Part shown: positions 9,320-16,652 of the stretch, one piece after another
Numbering within the stretch: the stretch's first letter is position 1
Layout of the letters: the number at the start of each line of letters is the position of its first letter
DNA from: Sulfurovum sp.
GTDB taxonomy: Bacteria > Campylobacterota > Campylobacteria > Campylobacterales > Sulfurovaceae
DNA: 36,252 nt
Reading direction: 5' to 3'
NCBI GenBank assembly: GCA_020719895.1
Contig: DYPM01000002.1
Location: 1-36,252 of the forward strand
Translations under genes and position numbers: made by a program
Notes under the pieces: model-generated
Databases searched by the model: none
Seen by the model: the letters and a program-made list of their open reading frames with translations, nothing else
What the model was told of the DNA's origin: nothing

Positions 9320-9465
9320 GGAGGGGTTTCTTTCTTTTTGGAAAGAACGGTTCAGCCTCAAACCACAAAGGGAGGGAGGGAGGGAGGGAAAGGGATTTGA
9401 GGCTGAAACATTATTTCCGATAACCTTTAGGTTGTGAGTAAAACTCTTTTATCCGTTTGGCTTAA
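9320..9465 (-). ncRNA. Candidate structured leader or small RNA with C/U-rich loop
   Basis: 12-bp perfect stem TTCAGCCTCAAA (9351-9362)/TTTGAGGCTGAA (9396-9407) enclosing (GGGA)5 on + = (UCCC)5 on -; additional short hairpins; TATAAT on - strand at 9470-9475. Confidence 0.5.
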
Positions 9466-9469
9466 AAGA

Positions 9470-9495
9470 ATTATACTTCGCAATACCTTAAAGTT
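9470..9495 (-). promoter_or_regulatory. Putative sigma70 promoter driving the structured RNA/perR
   Basis: Minus strand reads TTTAAGgtattgcgaagTATAAT; consensus -10 at 9470-9475 just downstream of the ahpC stop. Confidence 0.55.
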
Positions 9496-9506
9496 TTATT
9501 AAAGAA

Positions 9507-10103
9507 TTAAAGATCGTTTTCGTGTTTAGCTAAATACTCAGCTACACCTTCTGTAGAGGCTTTCATACCTTCGTCGCCTTTAGTCCAACCTGCTGGACAC
9601 ACTTCGCCATGCTTATTAGTGAAAAGCATCGCATCTACCATTCGAATCATTTCATCGATATTTCTACCAAGCGGAAGATCATTGATCACTGCGTGTCTCA
9701 CTGTGCCATCAGCATCAATAAGGAATGAACCTCTAAGTGCTACAGACTCACCAAAAAGCACGTCATAGTCTCTTGAAATTTGTTTGTTTAGGTCTGCAAC
9801 AAGTGGGTATTTCACTCTGCCAATACCACCTTTTTCTACTGGAGTCTCTCTCCACGCAAAGTGAGAAAATTGAGAATCTACAGATACACCGATGACATTG
9901 ACGCCACGGTTTGTGAACTCTTCAACTCTGTGCGAAAATGCAATGATTTCTGAAGGACATACAAATGTAAAGTCAAGTGGGTAGAAGAAAAGTACGGCAC
10001 CTTTTTCGCCAAGGTTTTCCATAAGATTGAAATTTTCGACGATTGAGCCGTCTGCAAGTACTGCTGTTGCTGTAAAATCTGGTGCTTTTTTGGTAACTAA
10101 CAT
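9507..10103 (-). CDS. ahpC: 2-Cys peroxiredoxin (alkyl hydroperoxide reductase C)
   Basis: FFYPLDFTFVCPSE peroxidatic Cys, GEVCPAGW resolving Cys, NDLPLGRN. Confidence 0.95.
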   Translation of the reverse strand: MLVTKKAPDFTATAVLADGSIVENFNLMENLGEKGAVLFFYPLDFTFVCPSEIIAFSHRVEEFTNRGVNVIGVSVDSQFSHFAWRETPVEKGGIGRVKYPLVADLNKQISRDYDVLFGESVALRGSFLIDADGTVRHAVINDLPLGRNIDEMIRMVDAMLFTNKHGEVCPAGWTKGDEGMKASTEGVAEYLAKHENDL

Positions 10104-10180
10104 AGAGATATTCCTTTAAATGATAATTTTTTTCCTTAAAAATATAATCCAATCCCACTTAAATCAAGATTAATCGACTC

Positions 10181-12004
10181 CTAATTAAATGGCAGTAAGC
10201 CAAATTTCCTCACAAAGGCATCATTAATATCAATCAAGCCTTTCTCTTGCAATTGATCCAATACCGCTTTGGTACAAAAGGTATCGTTTGGCCACTCTCT
10301 TAGAAAACCGTCCAAAGCATTTTTGTTTGTCGCATCAATAATGATAAAAGGTTTGAGTATGATATCTCGTCCTGCGTCGATATTATTGACCACACGCCAT
10401 AGTAACATATACGGCTCACTCAAATCATTGTTGGTGTGATCTACAATGACTAATACTTTTATATGTGATCTCAATCCAAATACCTTTGCTACATCTTGCA
10501 TAATGGGTGCTGTTTTGTGTACTCCAATTACACAAATTGGATTTTTGGTTTGTATATAAAACTGCTTGAGTGATACAATCCCATTGTCGATTTTTTGTAG
10601 CTTCTCCAACAGTTCGTTATCTTCAAGAAGTGTTTCAATGCCACATAATACCTCTTCGCTTGTCGCATCAATTCCAAGCTTCCCTCCAACAAACTGCTCG
10701 GGAGAAGCGTGATCAAGATGATCTACAATCCCTTGTGAAATCATAATCTTCGTAGCATCAAGACGATTGAGAATATGCACCGCCAACGCATCGCTCTCTT
10801 CAAGATTTGGTGCATCTTCGCCTACAAAAATCGCATGTTTAACAAAACTCATCTGCCCTACGCCCCAAAAAGCGTGCATAAACTGTTGTGCGTGACCTTT
10901 GTAATAAGTTTTCATCTTTGCCAAAATAAGATTATGAAAAACACCATTTTCGGGCATATTGTAGTCTATCAAGTCGGGAGCCATAGGTTTGAGCATCGGC
11001 AAAAAGACACGTTCAGTCGCCCAACCCATATATTTGTCTTCGAGTGGCGGTTTGCCGACTACTGTTGCTACATATACAGGAGTTTGTTTTGTTGTGATTG
11101 TCTCCACTTCCATCACAGGAAATGGCTCTTTAAGCGTGTAGTATCCAGTGTGATCACCAAAAGGACCCTCCATCTCTCTTTCCTTGGGATCTACAAACCC
11201 TTCGATGACGATATCCACATCGTGTGGAATATAGATATCGTTGGTGAGCGACTTGACAAGTTTTGCTTTTTTGTTTCGTACAAACCCATAAAGCAACATC
11301 TCAAATATTCCATGTGGCATCGGAGCTTGACCGCACCAAATATAGAGCGGATCACCTCCAATTGCTACTGTAACGGGCATTTTTTTGCCCGCTTCTTTGT
11401 ACTGATCAAAAAAGTGCGAAGCGTCTTTGTGGATTTGCCAATGCATTCCGAGCCGTTTTTTATCGTGCTGTTGGAGTCTATACATTCCAAGATTCTGCAT
11501 CGTTCCATCCAAACTCTGTGTATAAACTTGACCCATTGTAATAAATGGTCCACCATCAGCTTCCCATGTCTTGAGAATAGGCAACATATCCAAATCAACT
11601 TCGTTTTTTTGATACACAATCTCTTGACAACTTCCCTTAGAGCCACTTCGTTTGGGAAAGACATTTTTGAGTGCAAAAAGCTTGGGAAGCATTTTGAGTT
11701 TTGCCATAAATCCTTTGGGCGGTTTGAGTTTGAGCAGCATTTCAATTCCCTCTGCAACCTCATCGGGATGTTTTCCAAAAATCTTTTGTGTGACTTGTTT
11801 GTTGGCAAAGATATTCATCAAGACGGGCATCTTGTAGCTTATCCCTTTGGCTTTATTAATCGGTTGTGTAAAAAGCAACGGACGAGAGTCCTCTTTTTTG
11901 ACTTCGATATAGGCGATATGGGGAATCTCTAACTCCACATCAAGTGGTTCATCGATGACTTTGAGATTGCCGTGGATTTTGAGCCACTCAATAATATTTT
12001 CCAT
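10181..12004 (-). CDS. UbiD-family decarboxylase (futalosine-pathway menaquinone biosynthesis, MqnL type)
   Basis: NLGMYRLQ, MHWQIHKD, EGPFGDHTGYY, GKPPLED, GGKLGIDAT; 607 aa long form typical of Campylobacterota. Confidence 0.9.
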   Translation of the reverse strand: MENIIEWLKIHGNLKVIDEPLDVELEIPHIAYIEVKKEDSRPLLFTQPINKAKGISYKMPVLMNIFANKQVTQKIFGKHPDEVAEGIEMLLKLKPPKGFMAKLKMLPKLFALKNVFPKRSGSKGSCQEIVYQKNEVDLDMLPILKTWEADGGPFITMGQVYTQSLDGTMQNLGMYRLQQHDKKRLGMHWQIHKDASHFFDQYKEAGKKMPVTVAIGGDPLYIWCGQAPMPHGIFEMLLYGFVRNKKAKLVKSLTNDIYIPHDVDIVIEGFVDPKEREMEGPFGDHTGYYTLKEPFPVMEVETITTKQTPVYVATVVGKPPLEDKYMGWATERVFLPMLKPMAPDLIDYNMPENGVFHNLILAKMKTYYKGHAQQFMHAFWGVGQMSFVKHAIFVGEDAPNLEESDALAVHILNRLDATKIMISQGIVDHLDHASPEQFVGGKLGIDATSEEVLCGIETLLEDNELLEKLQKIDNGIVSLKQFYIQTKNPICVIGVHKTAPIMQDVAKVFGLRSHIKVLVIVDHTNNDLSEPYMLLWRVVNNIDAGRDIILKPFIIIDATNKNALDGFLREWPNDTFCTKAVLDQLQEKGLIDINDAFVRKFGLLPFN

Positions 12005-12104
12005 ATTTCTTCCTCTAAAATAAAATAAAACTGCATTACGCGATATGTTTTGACAATCTTGCCATAAAATATTCCAATCTGTTTTTAGTTGAGTTGCGAC
12101 TTGT

Positions 12105-12794
12105 CTAAAATAAGCTACGAAATAATTTCTCTACAACACTATCTGTCCCTTGTAGCAGTAGCGGTTTTTTGAGAGGATCAAGCCATTGTATTAATTCTAA
12201 AATCTCTTTCTCTGTCATCGCGGTGCATCCTGATGTTGGAGTTGGTTTGATATGTATAAAGATACAAGAACCAGCACCTTTTAGAGGTGTTTCTCCTTCG
12301 CCAATGCCGTTGTGATCAACCACGATGCCGTATTTATAGTAGTCGTTTGAGAGTCTCATTGATTCATAGCTTTGATAATCTTTTGAGGTCGAGTCGCTAT
12401 CAATAATTTTGTTGTAATAACGTGAGCGAGTATCATCAACACAGTGGTCGTTTTCGTTATAGACACGATAAGGAAAATTGCTTTTGAGTGGTGAGTATCC
12501 AAAAGCGTGTGTGAGTTTGAAAATCCCCGCTGGCGATTTACCGTCTCCTTCGCGTTTTATGATTTGAGCATTTGATGGAATCGTATGAACTCCCCTGCCC
12601 CAACCCAAACCATTTCTTCCTATTATCACAACAAATGGTTCGCCGATTTTTATCCAATGTTTTTCTTTTTTTTCATAACGTTGAAACACAGCTTCAGTAC
12701 TGTTCCAGTCTTTGGCACGTACCACAAGAAGTTGTGAACTTGTCGCCTCAAGCCAAGCCGATATTAACATCATTGATCCAATAAAAATTTTCAT
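12105..12794 (-). CDS. Exported YkuD/L,D-transpeptidase-fold protein
   Basis: Signal-peptide-like N-terminus; IGRNG, KREGDGKSPAGIF, catalytic GSCIFIH...TSGC. Confidence 0.85.
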   Translation of the reverse strand: MKIFIGSMMLISAWLEATSSQLLVVRAKDWNSTEAVFQRYEKKEKHWIKIGEPFVVIIGRNGLGWGRGVHTIPSNAQIIKREGDGKSPAGIFKLTHAFGYSPLKSNFPYRVYNENDHCVDDTRSRYYNKIIDSDSTSKDYQSYESMRLSNDYYKYGIVVDHNGIGEGETPLKGAGSCIFIHIKPTPTSGCTAMTEKEILELIQWLDPLKKPLLLQGTDSVVEKLFRSLF

Positions 12795-12799
12795 TTGGT

Positions 12800-12812
12800 T
12801 ATAATCTCCCCT
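12800..12812 (+). promoter_or_regulatory. -10 box positioned for a leaderless transcript
   Basis: TATAAT at 12800-12805, 7 nt before ATG 12813, no purine-rich RBS in between. Confidence 0.55.
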
Positions 12813-14201
12813 ATGGACTATGGAATTTTATCTATCACAATACCACTACTGACTATTGCGTTGGCAATTATAACTAAAGATGTCATTGTCTCATTGATGG
12901 GCGGGATTTTTGCAGGCTTTTTTGTCATTCACGGCTACGATCCCACAAAAGCATTCACGGCATTATGGGATGGTGTCATTGCACTTTTTGCCCAAGGGTG
13001 GATTGTCAAAACACTTCTTTTTATGCTTTTTGTCGGTGCTGTTATTCGACTTCTTACTATTTCTAATGCAGTAGATAGATTCGTAGTCTATCTTAGCCAA
13101 ACATCAAAACATATAGACTCACCCAAGGGTGCAATGTTTTTGGCATATATCATTGGTCTGCTTATCTTTATCGAATCCTCCATTACTTCACTCGTCGCTG
13201 GAGCAGTCTCAAAACCATTATGTGATAAAAACGGCGTAAGCAGGGAAAAACTCGCCTATATTTGCGACTCCACTTCTGCTCCTGTCTGTTCGCTTATACC
13301 ACTCAATGGCTGGGGTGCATTGCTTTTGGGTTTGATTATGAGTGGGGTAGAGTCTCACGTGATTGAAGGTGACGCGGTGACGCTACTGATATACTCTATT
13401 CCGTATAATTTTTATAGTATTTTTACACTACTTGTGGTGTTCGCAGTGATTTTGTTTGATATCAATATCGGTCCGATGAAACGAAGTATTGCAAAGCCCT
13501 ATACTCTTTATGACACACACCAAAATATCAAACCCTCTTTTTGGATGATGACACTTCCTGTTGTTTTTATAGTCACAATGGTGCCTGTAGTGCTTTACAT
13601 CACAGGCGATGGTGATATCTTCAAAGGCTCTGGTTCTACGTCAGTTTATTATGCTACGATTGCCACTCTTTTTTTCCTATATCTTTTTTTGGTACCACTC
13701 AAAAGAGTTACACATAAAGAGTATTTTGATAATGTATTTATAGGAATGGCGGAGATGTTGCCTGTCACTACTATTTTGGTATTTGCACTACTGATTGGTA
13801 AAGTAATCGACAATCTTGGTACAGCACACTATCTATCGACACTTTTGCAAGGAAATATCTCATCTGAGATTGTCCCGATGCTTATCTTTTGGGTTGCTTC
13901 TCTTACTTCATTTTCCACAGGTACAAGCTGGGGAACTTTTTCTATCATGATGCCAATCGGTCTTGCTCTTGGAGCGACACTTCATCTTGATCTGCCGTTA
14001 GTGATAGCAGCAGTCATTAGTGGCGGTGTCTTTGGTGATCACGCTTCTCCCATCTCCGATACGACGATTATCTCTTCAATGGCAGCAGAGTGTGACCATA
14101 TCGAACATGTAAGAACGCAACTTCCTTATACGCTTATCGCTGGAGGATTTGCAAGTGTGGCTTTTTTGTTGTTTGGATTTTTTGGGGCAGTAGCGTTTTA
14201 G
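12813..14201 (+). CDS. Na+/H+ antiporter NhaC-family membrane transporter
   Basis: About 12 hydrophobic segments; SREKLAYICDSTSAP, SFSTGTSWGTF, GGVFGDHASPISDTTIISS, HIEHVRTQLPY; start reassigned to ATG 12813. Confidence 0.85.
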   Translation: MDYGILSITIPLLTIALAIITKDVIVSLMGGIFAGFFVIHGYDPTKAFTALWDGVIALFAQGWIVKTLLFMLFVGAVIRLLTISNAVDRFVVYLSQTSKHIDSPKGAMFLAYIIGLLIFIESSITSLVAGAVSKPLCDKNGVSREKLAYICDSTSAPVCSLIPLNGWGALLLGLIMSGVESHVIEGDAVTLLIYSIPYNFYSIFTLLVVFAVILFDINIGPMKRSIAKPYTLYDTHQNIKPSFWMMTLPVVFIVTMVPVVLYITGDGDIFKGSGSTSVYYATIATLFFLYLFLVPLKRVTHKEYFDNVFIGMAEMLPVTTILVFALLIGKVIDNLGTAHYLSTLLQGNISSEIVPMLIFWVASLTSFSTGTSWGTFSIMMPIGLALGATLHLDLPLVIAAVISGGVFGDHASPISDTTIISSMAAECDHIEHVRTQLPYTLIAGGFASVAFLLFGFFGAVAF

Positions 14202-14260
14202 TGCAAGAGCAACTATTCACTCTTGTGGGATTTATGGGAATCTTTTTATCCTCAAATAGG

Positions 14261-14309
14261 AGATTGCGAGTCAAGCCCGCAATGACAAAAAGGAGTTTTT
14301 AGAGGTCTC
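14261..14309 (-). repeat. REP/MITE-like element, copy 2 (partial), between convergent genes
   Basis: AGATTGCGAGTCAAGCCCGCAATGACAAAAAGGAGTTTTTAGAGGTCTC; internal hairpin ATTGCG.../...CGCAAT; 41/46 identity to 3256-3301 in opposite orientation. Confidence 0.75.
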
Positions 14310-14315
14310 AATAGA

Positions 14316-15770
14316 CTACACAAAACTTGGAGCATCATTAGCAAATAAAATTAAGTCTCCTGCTTGTGTTTGCTCTATTAGTATCTTTTGCATATCGGCT
14401 TTGTTTTCTAATTTGTAGAGCTTGGAGGCTTCGACGTGTGTTTGAAAAATTAGATAGTTGAGATCACCCGTAACGATGACTTTATCAAATACCTCATTGG
14501 CTCTTTGAGCGACTTTAATATTGAGACTTTCATCTGCTTCTACTAACCCTGGAGTGAGTACCACTTTACGACCTTTATAGCTTTGTGCAAGCTCAAACGA
14601 AGCCAAAATGCCGTCGATATTGCCATTGAAGCTATCATCAAGAATCACTTTGCCTCCTGCATCGATACGTTGAAGTCGGTGAGGAACAGACGTTAAGGTT
14701 TGAAGTCTCTCTTGAATCTCTTCTGTAGAAAGCCCCAATGTTTGAGCAATTTTGATTGCAGCTGTAAGATTGATCGCATTAAATCCACCCAAAATAGAGG
14801 CTTTATACTTGATGCCATCAACCATAAATGTCGTACCATCAAGTGTCGCTTCGACATTCTCAATCACAGATTCTGGAACTGGAAGTGGTGTTTTGATATT
14901 GAGGTTCTCTTTAGTGCCAAAAGTATGGATATTTGATTCTGGTTTGACCATCACACTTTCGTGTATCCACGCTTCTTTGAGATTTTTGCTTTGGAGAATC
15001 TCCATTTTGGTATTACGAATATTCTCTAATGTTTTGAAATATTCGATATGTGCAGGCCCAATTTTGCCTACAATTGCATAGTGCGGATTGACAAAAGTAG
15101 CAATCTCTTCGATATCACCTTCGCCTCTTGCACCCATCTCTACAATATATACTTGTGTCTCTTGTGGGAGATCATCGTTAATATCTTTCATCACACCACC
15201 AAGCGTATTGACCGAACGAGGTGTTGCGTAGGTTTTGTATTTGAGAGAAAGAAGATGAGCGATGAAGTTTTTGATGCTGGTTTTACCATAACTTGCAGTT
15301 ACTCCAATAACAATCAAATCAGGAATACTCTCAAGTTTCTTTTGAGCGTGGCGTTTGAACCCTTCAAAAAGCATTTTTTCGATGATCCACGAGACCAAAA
15401 ATGCAAAAAAGATAGGAAGAATCACAGCAGATTGCAAAAAAGCAAATGCAAACATCACTCCAAAAAGAGAGAGTGCTGCAAAAAAGCGTTTGATTCGTCC
15501 CGTAAATACCAATGGTTTATCCAACGTTCCATACCAACGATAAAGAAATAGTGCATAAACAGGCACAATCACAAAACCATAACCACCACTCTTTTCTGCC
15601 CACACATAAAAAACATAAGGAAAAACAAAATAGGCAAAATGCCACCATGTTTTGGTGTGATGAAAAATCACCCGTTCGAGTTTGTAGCTATACCATTGGA
15701 GATTGGTGATAAAGTAGTAGCCAAGCATCATAACAAAAAAGAGATATGCACTTATATCAAGTAGTATCAT
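14316..15770 (-). CDS. murF: UDP-N-acetylmuramoyl-tripeptide--D-Ala-D-Ala ligase (Campylobacterota type with N-terminal membrane segments)
   Basis: GVTASYGKTS P-loop, SVNTLGG, VEMGA, ILDDSFNGN, TPGLVE, C-terminal NDAP; start at 15770 gives ATGA overlap with the upstream stop. Confidence 0.85.
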   Translation of the reverse strand: MILLDISAYLFFVMMLGYYFITNLQWYSYKLERVIFHHTKTWWHFAYFVFPYVFYVWAEKSGGYGFVIVPVYALFLYRWYGTLDKPLVFTGRIKRFFAALSLFGVMFAFAFLQSAVILPIFFAFLVSWIIEKMLFEGFKRHAQKKLESIPDLIVIGVTASYGKTSIKNFIAHLLSLKYKTYATPRSVNTLGGVMKDINDDLPQETQVYIVEMGARGEGDIEEIATFVNPHYAIVGKIGPAHIEYFKTLENIRNTKMEILQSKNLKEAWIHESVMVKPESNIHTFGTKENLNIKTPLPVPESVIENVEATLDGTTFMVDGIKYKASILGGFNAINLTAAIKIAQTLGLSTEEIQERLQTLTSVPHRLQRIDAGGKVILDDSFNGNIDGILASFELAQSYKGRKVVLTPGLVEADESLNIKVAQRANEVFDKVIVTGDLNYLIFQTHVEASKLYKLENKADMQKILIEQTQAGDLILFANDAPSFV

Positions 15771-16498
15771 AAAATATTTTCCTTGCACTGTTGAGAGATG
15801 GTATCGCAGATAAATGGAGTGTGGTGCAAAAAGAAATAGTGATCTCCATCTAATAGATAAAATTGAGAGTTTTTGATCAATGAAGCAATCTTCTCTCCTG
15901 TATAAGGTGGCGTAGCGGTATCAACTTTTCCCCAAAAACAGAGTGTTTTTGATTTGCAGATAGCAAAATAAGGCTCAAAATCCTCATCTACGACATTTTT
16001 GAAAGTCTCATACATCTGCGTACTCATTCCTTGAACATCTGCGGAGCGAAACATCTTTTTGAGTCTATTGCCACCCAATGGTTTGATGAGCTTGGAGAGT
16101 TTAATCGCGAGTTTGACTTTCCACGGTTTTTGGATCAAGACTCCAGATGAAGAGAGAAGCACCAAACATGGAGCATCAAGCAGTGTAGCCACTTTGCCTC
16201 CAAATGAATGCCCTATGACGATATCAGGCTCTGTATTGATTTGTTCCAAAAATACCTTTATAATCTTTGCATAATCATCAGTCGTAAGTATCATCGGATT
16301 GCTACTTTTGCCAAAACCAGGGAGATCAAGATAGAGATGTTTGAGTGTTGGCAACTGTTTTGCAAATGCTTGCTTCATCAACTCTTTGTGACTTCCCCAG
16401 CCATGCAAAATCAAAATTGCTGAAGTAGCGATAGGATTAAGTATTTCGTACGAAAGTGTAAAACTATTTTCACGATAGATAATCTCTTTAATTGCCAT
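15767..16498 (-). CDS. Alpha/beta-fold hydrolase
   Basis: LHGWG, DLPGFGKS, nucleophile elbow GHSFGG, WGKVDTATP, GDHYFF; translationally coupled to murF. Confidence 0.9.
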   Translation of the reverse strand: MAIKEIIYRENSFTLSYEILNPIATSAILILHGWGSHKELMKQAFAKQLPTLKHLYLDLPGFGKSSNPMILTTDDYAKIIKVFLEQINTEPDIVIGHSFGGKVATLLDAPCLVLLSSSGVLIQKPWKVKLAIKLSKLIKPLGGNRLKKMFRSADVQGMSTQMYETFKNVVDEDFEPYFAICKSKTLCFWGKVDTATPPYTGEKIASLIKNSQFYLLDGDHYFFLHHTPFICDTISQQCKENIL

Positions 16499-16524
16499 AA
16501 CTTAGATCCTTTTTGATGGAGCAT

Positions 16525-16533
16525 ATTGTAGCA
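16525..16533 (-). promoter_or_regulatory. Putative extended -10 promoter of hydrolase-murF
   Basis: Minus strand TGcTACAAT, followed by RBS AAAGGA before ATG 16498. Confidence 0.5.
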
Positions 16534-16590
16534 TATCATCAAAATTAGCAGGATTAAAAATATGAAAGCTTCTCTTTGAGATTCATTGAT

Positions 16591-16652
16591 GTGACGGCGT
16601 TTGTCATTGCGAACAAAGTGAAACAATCTATTTGTTTGGAAGTCTCAATTTT
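16591..16652. repeat. Repeat copy 3; 62-bp direct repeat with 20666-20727
   Basis: GTGACGGCGTTTGTCATTGCGAACAAAGTGAAACAATCTATTTGTTTGGAAGTCTCAATTTT, 59/62 identical to 20666-20727; overlaps the MMPL stop codon. Confidence 0.9.

Noticed and set aside
9318-9368. 17-aa N-terminal extension of the Fur-family protein
   Set aside because: TTG start inside the RNA stem-loop with only C-rich sequence upstream; not Fur-like. Exact start remains uncertain
10116-10135. AATGATAAT Fur/Per-box-like sequence upstream of ahpC
   Set aside because: Only a half-site in very AT-rich DNA; plausible given the adjacent perR-like gene but not supportable as a feature
10775-11932. 385-aa ORF on + strand
   Set aside because: Lies entirely antisense to the UbiD-family gene, has no recognisable motifs or RBS; shadow ORF
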